From an uncultured Gammaproteobacteria bacterium (GTDB taxonomy: Bacteria > Pseudomonadota > Gammaproteobacteria > SURF-13), in NCBI GenBank assembly GCA_947085325.1, contig CAMTVY010000001.1, positions 15,837 through 79,836 of the forward strand: 64,000 bases of DNA, read 5' to 3'. Below, one piece after another: positions 1-7,998 of the stretch (its first letter is position 1; the number at the start of each line of letters is the position of its first letter). The notes beneath the pieces were generated by a model. That model was given only the letters and a program-made list of their open reading frames with translations. It searched no databases and had not been told where the DNA came from. The translations under genes were made by a program, and so were the position numbers.

Positions 1-50
1 GTTGCGGCGGAATGGACGGATTTTATTATGCGCGCTTACGTAAGCACTAA
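1..50 (+). CDS. rsmB: 3' end of 16S rRNA (cytosine967-C5)-methyltransferase RsmB; partial, continues upstream of the window
   Basis: The frame starting at nt 3 reads CGGMDGFYYARLRKH* with TAA at 48-50. The DGF(F/Y)YA-x-L C-terminus is typical of RsmB/Sun. The rsmB-DUF4390-ntrYX-trkA order is a known synteny. Confidence 0.5.
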   Translation, partial: CGGMDGFYYARLRKH

Positions 51-56
51 CAGGAG

Positions 57-203
57 GTTGAAAAAGGCCATCCATGGCCTTTTTCAACCCGCAAAGCAAA
101 AAGCGCGATTTTTGCTTTGCTTCATTTTTCAAGCACATAAACCGTGCTTGAAAAATGGCGGTGCATCCCTGCACCGCGCGCAGGCTGTTTTTCAACAGCC
201 TGC
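57..203 (+). repeat. Repeat family A, copy 1: 147-bp element of five consecutive hairpins
   Basis: Palindromes at 58-87 (TTGAAAAAGGCCAT-CC-ATGGCCTTTTTCAA), 91-120, 126-154, 158-177 and 180-203. A near-identical copy lies in the opposite window orientation at 58970-59116. The TTGAAAAA/TTTTTCAA motif occurs five times. Confidence 0.9.
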
Positions 204-792
204 CAGCCGCCGGCCCCGGGCTGCACACACAGCGTTCGCGCTGGCGGCAGGGCTGTGGCTGGCTGCGGCGACAGTCGAGGCCGAGACCACCTACTCCGGC
301 GACGGGCAGTTTACCGTGCAGAGCGGTGCGGTGCGGTTGGTGGACGAGGTCTATCTGCTCGACGCGCAGATTGAGTACCTGTTCAGCAAGCCGGTACTGG
401 AGGCGCTCGAAAATGGTGTGCCGCTGGTGATTGAGTTACAGATCGAGTTGTTGCGCCAGCGTGACCTGTTATGGGATGTGCAGCAGGCGCGTCTCTCCCA
501 GCGCTACCAGTTAAGTTATCACGTGCTGACCGAGCAATATCTGGTGAAAAACCTCAACAGCGCCGCGCAGCAGAGCCTGACGAATGCCGAGGCGGCCCTC
601 AAGGCGCTGGGCCAGGTGGAAAGTCTGCCGTTGATCGACAAGCGTCTGCTGCTGGAAGACGAAATCTATGTGGTGCGATTGCGCCCGCATCTCGATATCG
701 ATGCACTGCCGACGCCGATGCGGCTGCCGGCCTATTTTTCCGCCCAGTGGCGGCTGACAGGTGAGTGGGTGACATGGCCGCTACAGCCCTGA
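148..792 (+). CDS. DUF4390 domain-containing protein with a signal peptide; start codon uncertain
   Basis: Lies upstream of ntrY as in many proteobacteria. A signal-peptide-like stretch SRRPRAAHTAFALAAGLWLAAATVEA precedes the mature part. The ATG at 28 lies inside rsmB, so it is unlikely. The only canonical in-frame starts upstream of the signal peptide are TTG 58/112/148 inside repeat A. CTG 241 and GTG 316 are the alternatives. Confidence 0.55.
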   Translation: MKNGGASLHRAQAVFQQPASRRPRAAHTAFALAAGLWLAAATVEAETTYSGDGQFTVQSGAVRLVDEVYLLDAQIEYLFSKPVLEALENGVPLVIELQIELLRQRDLLWDVQQARLSQRYQLSYHVLTEQYLVKNLNSAAQQSLTNAEAALKALGQVESLPLIDKRLLLEDEIYVVRLRPHLDIDALPTPMRLPAYFSAQWRLTGEWVTWPLQP

Positions 793-2972
793 AACGCCCC
801 GCTTCCGGGGTCGCGCTCATGATCGCGCTGTTTGCGCTGCTGCTGGTGTCGCTCTATCAAATGAGCGCGATCACGGAAAACTCCGCCGAGTTCAGCCGCC
901 TGTACCTGCAACTGCTGGCGCTGAACGCGCTTGGCCTGCTGGTGCTTGCGGTGTTGATCACCACCAATCTTGTGCGCCTGATTCGCCAGTACCGTGCGGG
1001 TGCGGCAGGTTCGCGGCTGACGTTACGCCTGCTGGTGATGTTTGTGGTGCTCGCGGTGGCGCCTGTGACCACGGTATTTTATTTCTCGCTGGGGTTTCTG
1101 CATCGCGGCATCGACAGCTGGTTCGATGTTGGTATCGAGCGCGCGCTCGGCAATGCGCTCGATCTTTCCCGCGCCGCGCTTGACATGCGTATGCGCGAAG
1201 TGATCAAGCAGACGGCACGCGATGCACTTGAGCTCACCGGCGTGGCGGATAATGCCTCGGCGGCGCTGCTGAATGAGCTGCGGGCACGTAGCGGTGCGGA
1301 TGAGCTGACCCTGCTCACCCAGAAAGGCCGCATCATTACCTCCAGCAGTGTCGATGCACTGGCGCTGGTGCCGGATGTGCCGCGCGAGGCCATACTGCTG
1401 CAACTGCGGCAGGGGGAAAATTATGTCGGTCTGGACCTGGCGCGTGATGCCGGTCTGCATATACGCGTTGCCGTCAATGCGCCCGCCGACGGGCCCGCCA
1501 TGGAAGGCCGCGTGTTGCAGGCCCTGTTTCCGGTGGCCGAACGCATGAGCCGGCTGGCGGACACGGTGCAGTCTGCCTTCGCCCAATACAGAAAACTCGC
1601 CTATCTGCGCACGCCGTTGAAATACAGCTTTACGCTGACGCTTTCACTGGTGCTGGCCTTGAGCCTGCTTACTGCATTGTGGGCCGCGTTTTATTCCGCG
1701 CGGCGGCTGGTGGCGCCGATCCGCGAGCTGGCCGAGGGCACGCGTGCGGTGGCGGCGGGCCATTACGACACTCGTCTGCCGGTATCCGGCAATGATGAGC
1801 TCGGGTTTCTGGTGCAATCGTTCAATGACATGACCCGGCGGGTGGCGCTCGCGAGCGATGACGTGAAGCTGAGCCAGCAGCAGGCGGAGGCCCAGAGTGC
1901 ATATCTTGCTACACTGCTGGAAAGATTGTCGTCGGGTGTTATGACAGTGAACCCGCAGGGCGGGCTGCGCACCGCCAATGTTGCTGCTGGCCAGCTGCTG
2001 GGTGTGGATTTCAGTACAGTGAGTTCGCTGGAGCAGCTGGTTGCGGAGCAGCCTCAGTTGCAGCCGTTCGTGGACGCCCTGCAGCAGCACGTGCAAACGC
2101 CGGACACGGAGTGGCGCGCCGAGATCATCCTGCCGTCAGCCGGGGCGGGGCGGCGCGTCTTCATGTGCCGGGGCGTGCCGTTGCCCGGCCTGGATGCAGC
2201 GCCGCCCGACCATCTGGTCGTGTTCGATGACATGACCATGCTGGTGCAGGCGCAGCGCGATGCGGCGTGGGGTGAGGTGGCGCGGCGTCTGGCGCACGAA
2301 TTCCGCAATCCGCTGACGCCGATTCAGCTCTCCGCCGAACGCCTGCGGCACAAATACCTGAAGACCATGGATGCCAAAGATGCCGAAGTCCTGGATCGTC
2401 TCACCCATACCATCGTGCAGCAGGTGGAAGTGATGAAGGAAATGGTGAATGCATTTGCCGAGTATGCGCGCACGCCGCAAATGCGGCCACGCTTGCTCGA
2501 CCTGAATCAACTGGTGACCGAGGTGCTGGATCTGTATCGCAACGATGCGACCGGTGCGCGGCTGGAGGTGAATCTTGATCCCGATCTTCCGCAGGTCGAG
2601 GCCGATGCCGGGCGCCTGCGTCAGTTGCTGCACAACCTGATCAAGAACTCACTGGAGGCCATGCCCGGCACGCACATCAGCGTGAGCACGCGCTGTGACG
2701 AGGATGCGCGCTGCCGTCACGTCGAAATTTGTGTACAGGATAGCGGGCCGGGCATACCGGAAGAAATACGTGCCCAGTTGTTCGAGCCCTATGTGACCAC
2801 CAAGCCCAAGGGTACCGGGCTCGGCCTCGCCATCGTGAAAAAGATTGTAGAGGAGCATGGCGGTACGCTCACGGCCGAGCAGCCGGCGGACGGCGGGACG
2901 CGCATGATCGTGCGCCTGCCGGTGGTGGCCGAAGCCGCAGACATGCGATCCACGCAGGAGGGCACGGCGTGA
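765..2972 (+). CDS. ntrY: NtrY-like sensor histidine kinase (TM-HAMP-PAS-HisKA-HATPase)
   Basis: 735 aa. It has N-terminal TM segments, a HAMP-like PIRELAEGTRAVAAGHYDTRL stretch, the H-box HEFRNPLTPIQLSAERL and the G-boxes DSGPGI and GTGLGL. Start is GTG 765 (alternative ATG 774). It overlaps the ntrX start. Confidence 0.85.
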   Translation: MGDMAATALKRPASGVALMIALFALLLVSLYQMSAITENSAEFSRLYLQLLALNALGLLVLAVLITTNLVRLIRQYRAGAAGSRLTLRLLVMFVVLAVAPVTTVFYFSLGFLHRGIDSWFDVGIERALGNALDLSRAALDMRMREVIKQTARDALELTGVADNASAALLNELRARSGADELTLLTQKGRIITSSSVDALALVPDVPREAILLQLRQGENYVGLDLARDAGLHIRVAVNAPADGPAMEGRVLQALFPVAERMSRLADTVQSAFAQYRKLAYLRTPLKYSFTLTLSLVLALSLLTALWAAFYSARRLVAPIRELAEGTRAVAAGHYDTRLPVSGNDELGFLVQSFNDMTRRVALASDDVKLSQQQAEAQSAYLATLLERLSSGVMTVNPQGGLRTANVAAGQLLGVDFSTVSSLEQLVAEQPQLQPFVDALQQHVQTPDTEWRAEIILPSAGAGRRVFMCRGVPLPGLDAAPPDHLVVFDDMTMLVQAQRDAAWGEVARRLAHEFRNPLTPIQLSAERLRHKYLKTMDAKDAEVLDRLTHTIVQQVEVMKEMVNAFAEYARTPQMRPRLLDLNQLVTEVLDLYRNDATGARLEVNLDPDLPQVEADAGRLRQLLHNLIKNSLEAMPGTHISVSTRCDEDARCRHVEICVQDSGPGIPEEIRAQLFEPYVTTKPKGTGLGLAIVKKIVEEHGGTLTAEQPADGGTRMIVRLPVVAEAADMRSTQEGTA

Positions 2973-4360
2973 TGGCGGCCTATATCCTGGTGGTGGACGA
3001 TGAGCCCGACATCCGCCGTCTGGTGCAGGAAATCCTGCAGGACGAAGGTTACGAAGTGAGCGTGGCGGATTGTGGCGCAACGGCACGCGAAGCGCGGCGC
3101 GGGCGGCGGCCGGATCTGACGCTGCTGGATATCTGGATGCCGGATATCGACGGCATCTCGCTGCTGCATGAGTGGAGCGAAGGCGGTGTGTTGTCGTCGC
3201 CGGTGATCATGATGTCAGGGCATGGCACGGTGGAGACCGCGGTGGAGGCAACCCGCCTCGGCGCCTACGACTTCATCGAGAAACCATTGTCCATGGCGAA
3301 GCTGTTGCTCACAGTCGAGCGCGCGCTCGAGGCAGAGCGGTTACGCAAGGAAAATATCGGATTACGGCGCCAGGTGCAGCCGGTCAGTGAACCGCTTGGA
3401 AAGGGCGCGGTGATGCAGCAACTGCGCGAACAGGCGCGGCGCATTGCACAGCATGACACCTGGGCGTTGATTACGGGTGAGCCGGGCAGCGGCAAGGAAG
3501 TGGTGGCGCGCTATATGCACGTGCAGAGTCCGCGGCGTGGAGGGCCGTTTGTCGAGGTGGGGGTGGCCGCCATCGCGCGCGAAAACTCCGCCGTTGAATT
3601 GTTCGGCAGCGAGTCGGGCGACAAGCTTTATTTCGGCCATCTGGAGCAGGCGAGCGGCGGTACCCTGTTTCTCGATGAGATCGGCGACATGGACAGCGCC
3701 ACCCAGGCGCGGTTGCTGTCGGCGCTGGAAAACCGCAGCTTTCTGCGGGTCGGCGGCACACAGCCGGTGGCGGTGAATGTGCGCGTTATTGCCGCCACGC
3801 ACCGTGACCTGCAGCAGGAAGTGCAGGCCGGGCGTTTCCGGGAAGACTTGTACTATCATCTCAATGTCATACCGTTGCGTGTTCCGGCACTGCGTGAGCA
3901 CAGCGAGGATGTGCCGGAGCTGTTGAAATTCTACGTCGACTGGTTCGTGAATCAGGAGGGCCTGCCCTACCGCAGTTTCGTTGTTGCTGCGCAGAACCGC
4001 TTGCGCAATTACCCGTGGCCGGGCAATATCCGCGAACTGCGTAATCTGGTGCAACGCCTGCTGATTCTGGGCAGTGGCGAGGAAATCGGCCTGGAGGAAG
4101 TGGAGGCCGCGCTGAGCAAGCGGCTGCTGCACGCAGCAACGGCCCTGCCGGCGGCGTCTGGTTCAAGTGATTTTGATTTACCGTTGCGCGAGGCGCGCGA
4201 CCGGTTTGAAAGGGCCTACTTCGAACATCAGTTGCGACTGGCCGGCGGCAGCATAGGCAAGCTGGCGGCGCAGGCCGGTATGGAGCGCACACACCTGTAC
4301 CGCAAACTGCGTGCGCTGGGCATTGATCCACGCCAGACGAAAGAGTCGGAGCAAAGCTGA
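2969..4360 (+). CDS. ntrX: NtrX-like response regulator with REC, AAA+ and HTH domains; GAFTGA motif absent
   Basis: REC domain ([12 protein letters not shown]...[11 protein letters not shown]), Walker A GEPGSGKE, Walker B LFLDEIGD and a C-terminal Fis-type HTH. The GAFTGA position reads [19 protein letters not shown]. The start overlaps the ntrY stop (GTGATG). Confidence 0.85.
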   Translation: MMAAYILVVDDEPDIRRLVQEILQDEGYEVSVADCGATAREARRGRRPDLTLLDIWMPDIDGISLLHEWSEGGVLSSPVIMMSGHGTVETAVEATRLGAYDFIEKPLSMAKLLLTVERALEAERLRKENIGLRRQVQPVSEPLGKGAVMQQLREQARRIAQHDTWALITGEPGSGKEVVARYMHVQSPRRGGPFVEVGVAAIARENSAVELFGSESGDKLYFGHLEQASGGTLFLDEIGDMDSATQARLLSALENRSFLRVGGTQPVAVNVRVIAATHRDLQQEVQAGRFREDLYYHLNVIPLRVPALREHSEDVPELLKFYVDWFVNQEGLPYRSFVVAAQNRLRNYPWPGNIRELRNLVQRLLILGSGEEIGLEEVEAALSKRLLHAATALPAASGSSDFDLPLREARDRFERAYFEHQLRLAGGSIGKLAAQAGMERTHLYRKLRALGIDPRQTKESEQS

Positions 4361-4367
4361 AGGTGAC

Positions 4368-5741
4368 ATGAAAATCATTATTCTCGGTGCAGGTCAGGTC
4401 GGATCGTCCGTGGCCGCCAATCTGGTGGGCGAGGCCAACGACATCACGGTGGTGGACAGCGATGCCAGGCGTCTGCAGGAGCTGCAGGTGCGGTTTGATC
4501 TGCGCACGGTGCAGGGGCACGCGTCACATCCCGAGGTGTTGTTGCGCGCGGGTGCAGCCGATGCCGATATCATTCTCGCCGTAACCAACAGCGACGAGAC
4601 CAATATGGTGGCCTGTCAGGTCGCCAGCATATTGTTTAACACGCCCACCAAGATCGCGCGCGTGCGCCAGCAGGAGTATCTGTCTTCGCCGCAACTGTTC
4701 GGCCCCAAGGCCTTTCCGGTGGATATGCTGATCAGCCCCGAGCAGCTGGTCACCAATTATGTGCAACACCTGATCGAATATCCGGGCGCACTGCAGGTGC
4801 TCGACTTCGCCGGTGGGCGTGTGCAGCTGGTCGCGGTGCGGGCCTACTACGGCGGGCCGCTGGTAGGGCGTGAGCTACGCGAGCTGCGCGAGCACATGCC
4901 CGGCGTGGAGACGCGCGTGGTGGCCATCTACCGGCGTGGGCAATCCATCATACCGCAGGGCGTCACGGTCATCGAGGCCGACGACGAAGTATTTTTCATC
5001 GCCGCCACCAAGCACTGCCGCGCCGTGATGAGCGAACTGCGCCGCCTCGACCAGCCCTACAAGCGCATCATGATTGCGGGCGGCGGCAACATCGGCAAGC
5101 GTCTCGCCATCGCGCTGGAAAAGGACTATCAGGTCAAGCTTATCGAGCACAATCCGAGCCGGGCGCGCGCTATTTCCGAGGAGTTGCATAACACCACCGT
5201 GCTCGAAGGTGACGCCACGGATGAAGAGCTGTTGCAAGAGGAGGGCATCGGGGATATCGACGTGTTTTGCGCGTTGACCAACGACGATGAGGACAACATC
5301 CTGTCGGCGATGCTGGCCAAGCGCATGGGCGCACGCAAGGTGATGGCGCTCATCAACCGCGCCTCGTATGTGGATCTGATGGAAAGCGGCAGCATTGATA
5401 TTGCGATCTCGCCGCAGCAGGCGATGATTGGAACCCTGCTGGCGCATGTGCGGCGTGGCGACGTCGCGGTGGTGCATTCGCTGCGGCGTGGTGCGGCCGA
5501 GGCGATTGAGGCGGTGGCGCACGGTGACAGCCGTTCATCCAAAGTGGTGGGGCGCTCCATCGAAGACTTCAAGCTGCCGGTGGGCGCCACCATCGGCGCT
5601 ATCGTGCGCGGGGACGAGGTGCTGATCGCCCATCACGATACTGTGATTCAGTCGGAAGACCACGTCATCATGTTCCTGGTGGACAAGAAGCGCATCTCCG
5701 ATATCGAGCGCCTGTTCCAGGTTGGCGTGACGTTTATTTAA
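4368..5741 (+). CDS. trkA: Trk system potassium uptake protein TrkA (two NAD-binding/RCK units)
   Basis: [19 protein letters not shown] Rossmann motif and a second [14 protein letters not shown] motif; 457 aa. An AAGGTGA Shine-Dalgarno (SD) sequence precedes ATG 4368. Confidence 0.93.
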   Translation: MKIIILGAGQVGSSVAANLVGEANDITVVDSDARRLQELQVRFDLRTVQGHASHPEVLLRAGAADADIILAVTNSDETNMVACQVASILFNTPTKIARVRQQEYLSSPQLFGPKAFPVDMLISPEQLVTNYVQHLIEYPGALQVLDFAGGRVQLVAVRAYYGGPLVGRELRELREHMPGVETRVVAIYRRGQSIIPQGVTVIEADDEVFFIAATKHCRAVMSELRRLDQPYKRIMIAGGGNIGKRLAIALEKDYQVKLIEHNPSRARAISEELHNTTVLEGDATDEELLQEEGIGDIDVFCALTNDDEDNILSAMLAKRMGARKVMALINRASYVDLMESGSIDIAISPQQAMIGTLLAHVRRGDVAVVHSLRRGAAEAIEAVAHGDSRSSKVVGRSIEDFKLPVGATIGAIVRGDEVLIAHHDTVIQSEDHVIMFLVDKKRISDIERLFQVGVTFI

Positions 5742-5847
5742 AACAGATGCAAGATACAAGATACAAGATACAAATAGAGTTCCACAGCGACCGCACCACT
5801 GTTGCTGGGAACTTGTACCTTGTATCTTGTACCTTGTAACTGTACTT
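5742..5847 (+). repeat. Heptad-periodic intercistronic hairpin, family D copy 1 (trkA stop to trkH start)
   Basis: Left arm ATGCAAG-ATACAAG-ATACAAG-ATACAAA. Right arm CTTGTAC-CTTGTAT-CTTGTAC-CTTGTAA-CTGTACTT-ATG. The arms are 22/25 complementary, with an inner stem GTTCC(A)CAGC/GCTGGGAAC. Confidence 0.85.
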
Positions 5848-7302
5848 ATGCAATTCACCGTCATTCAACGCATCATGGGTTTGCTGCTGATGCTGTTCAG
5901 CATCAGCATGCTGCCGCCGCTGCTGCTTGCCTGGCTCCATCATGACAGGATGATGGATGCTTTTTTATGGTCGTACGGCATCACGCTCGTCAGTGGTTTG
6001 GTGCTGTGGCTGCCGGTGCGCGCCGTTAAAAAAGAGCTGCGTCTGCGCGACGGCTTTGTGATCGTGAGCCTGTTCTGGGCGCTGCTTGCCTTGTTCGGCG
6101 CTTTGCCGTTCATGTTCGGGCACGATACGGCGTCGTTTACAGACGCCTATTTTGAAACCATGTCCGGCCTGACCACGACAGGCTCGACGATTCTGGTCGG
6201 GCTGGATCAGTTGCCCATGTCCATCAATCTGTGGCGCGGGATTTTGCAGTTTCTGGGCGGCATGGGCATCGTGGTATTGGCGGTGGCCATTCTGCCCATG
6301 CTGGGCGTGGGCGGCATGCAGCTCTACAAGGCCGAAACGCCGGGTCCGATGAAGGACAGCAAGCTCACGCCGCGCATCAAGGAAACCGCCAAGGCGCTGT
6401 GGTACATCTACGTCGGCCTCGTGGTGTTGTGCGCCGCTGCGCTGTGGCTCGCCGGCATGACGCCGTTTGATGCCATTATGCACAGCTTTACCGCTGTGTC
6501 CACGGCGGGTTTCTCCAGCCACGATGCCAGCATCGCCTACTTCAGCAGCCCGCTGATTGAAATGATTCTGGTGCTGTTCATGCTGCTCGGCGGTATCAAT
6601 TTTGCGTTGCACTTTCTTGTGCTGCGCGGCCGCAGCCTGCGCGTCTATTGGCAGGATTCCGAGTTCCGTGTCCATATGGGCATCTTCGTGGCAGCCACTG
6701 TTGCGGTGACGGCCTACCTTGCCTGGAGCCACTACTATGTGGACATCTGGCAGTCATTGCGCTACGCCGTGTTTCAGGTGGCGTCGATGGTGACCACCAC
6801 CGGCTATGTCAGCGCCGACTATGGCGCCTGGCCGCCGGTGCTGGGTGCGCTGCTGATGGTGCTGGCCTTCATTGGCGGCTCGGCCGGCTCCACTTCAGGC
6901 GGTATCAAGGTGGTGCGCGCCGTGCTGCTGTTCAAGCAGACCCTGTGCGAGATACGGCGCCTGATGCACCCCAGCGCGCTGGTGCCGCTCAAGCTTTCCG
7001 GCAAGGTGGTGCCGGATCGTACCGTGGCCGCGATATCGGCATTTTTCGCCACCTACCTCGCCTGCTTCGCCCTCATCGGGCTGGCCATTTCGGCCCAGGG
7101 TGTGGAAATGGTGACGGCGTTCAGCGCAACGGCGGCAGCGATCAACAATCTCGGCCCGGGTTTGGGCGGGGTGGGGCCTGCGGCCAATTATGCGGCGCTG
7201 CCGGAGGCCGCGAAATGGATGCTTTCCTTTGCCATGCTGCTCGGGCGTCTGGAAATATTTACCTTGCTGGTGCTGCTGACGCCTGCCTTCTGGCGTAAAT
7301 AA
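5848..7302 (+). CDS. trkH: Trk system potassium uptake protein TrkH
   Basis: Polytopic membrane protein. The N-terminus MQFTVIQRIMGLLLMLFSISMLPP matches the canonical TrkH N-terminus and it follows trkA. Start chosen at ATG 5848, which has no SD; the tracked ATG 5827 lies inside the hairpin. Confidence 0.88.
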   Translation: MQFTVIQRIMGLLLMLFSISMLPPLLLAWLHHDRMMDAFLWSYGITLVSGLVLWLPVRAVKKELRLRDGFVIVSLFWALLALFGALPFMFGHDTASFTDAYFETMSGLTTTGSTILVGLDQLPMSINLWRGILQFLGGMGIVVLAVAILPMLGVGGMQLYKAETPGPMKDSKLTPRIKETAKALWYIYVGLVVLCAAALWLAGMTPFDAIMHSFTAVSTAGFSSHDASIAYFSSPLIEMILVLFMLLGGINFALHFLVLRGRSLRVYWQDSEFRVHMGIFVAATVAVTAYLAWSHYYVDIWQSLRYAVFQVASMVTTTGYVSADYGAWPPVLGALLMVLAFIGGSAGSTSGGIKVVRAVLLFKQTLCEIRRLMHPSALVPLKLSGKVVPDRTVAAISAFFATYLACFALIGLAISAQGVEMVTAFSATAAAINNLGPGLGGVGPAANYAALPEAAKWMLSFAMLLGRLEIFTLLVLLTPAFWRK

Positions 7303-7312
7303 ACACAGTGTC

Positions 7313-7630
7313 ATGGGCATGATCGAAAACCTTGAGGCGATGCTGGCCAGGGGTGACGACTCGGCGCTGCTGCGCTACAGCCTGGGCAATGCGTATTTCA
7401 AACAAGGCGACTACGCCAAGGCGTGCGAACATTTTGCGTGCGCGGTGACGCTGGATGCGCGTTACTCCGCAGCTTGGAAAGGCTACGCACAGGCGCTTGC
7501 CGCCGCAGAGCGCAGCGAAGACGCCGTGCGCGCCTACGAAACGGGGATCCGCGTCGCGGAGGACAAGGGCGACCTGCAAGCAGCGAAAGAAATGAAAGTA
7601 TTTTTGAAGCGGCTGCAAAAAAATTCTTGA
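7313..7630 (+). CDS. Small tetratricopeptide-repeat protein
   Basis: 105 aa with TPR-like helices (LGNAYFKQGDYAKACEHFACAVTLDARYSAAWKGYAQAL). Confidence 0.6.
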   Translation: MGMIENLEAMLARGDDSALLRYSLGNAYFKQGDYAKACEHFACAVTLDARYSAAWKGYAQALAAAERSEDAVRAYETGIRVAEDKGDLQAAKEMKVFLKRLQKNS

Positions 7631-7631
7631 T

Positions 7632-7739
7632 CCCCTCCCCTTTCCAGGGGGAGGGCTAGGGTGGGGGTAAATGTTTGCGCCAGGCTTTAAGCCTCCAACT
7701 CCAACCTCCATCCCCACCTTCCCCCTGGAAGGGGAAAGG
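7632..7739. repeat. Inverted pair of G/C-tract REP-like units between convergent genes
   Basis: CCCCTCCCCTTTCCAGGGGGAGGGCTAGGGTGGGGG starts at 7632. A diverged inverted copy, CCATCCCCACCTTCCCCCTGGAAGGGGAAAGG, lies at 7708-7739. Each unit is internally palindromic. Confidence 0.75.
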
Positions 7740-7746
7740 AAAATTT

Positions 7747-7998
7747 TCACGCCTCCAACTCATCCTCGCTGTCCGGCAGACTCGCAGAATAATCCGTGCC
7801 CAGCACCGTGCGCGCACGCGAGACAAACTCCTCGTCTACCTGCAACTTGATCCCGCCCACAGCAATACTGTACAGCCAGTCGGTCTGCACCAGATGCTCG
7901 TCGGCAATGTGGCAGGGGATGCCCTCGGCCTCCAGGCTGCCCTTGGCGATGTGCGCCAGCGGCATGAGATCAAACTGGGCCACCGTCACCAATTTCAT
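7747..7998 (-). CDS. DUF2007 domain-containing protein (putative signal-transducing protein)
   Basis: 83 aa. MKLVTVAQFDLMPLAHIAKGSLEAEGIPCHIADEH matches the DUF2007 pattern. Its start overlaps the ttcA stop (4-nt overlap). Confidence 0.65.
   Translation of the reverse strand: MKLVTVAQFDLMPLAHIAKGSLEAEGIPCHIADEHLVQTDWLYSIAVGGIKLQVDEEFVSRARTVLGTDYSASLPDSEDELEA

Noticed and set aside
28-147. ATG at 28 as the start of the DUF4390 gene (254-aa version in the ORF track).
   Set aside because: The ATG lies inside the rsmB 3' coding region, and the first 58 codons or so would be translated from repeat A. The same peptide appears fused to murC at the other repeat copy, which shows it is a property of the repeat and not of the gene.
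5827-5847. ATG 5827 as the trkH start.
   Set aside because: It lies inside the right arm of the heptad hairpin and adds MYLVTVL ahead of the canonical TrkH N-terminus MQF..I.RI.G.LL. ATG 5848 is preferred, although neither start has an SD.
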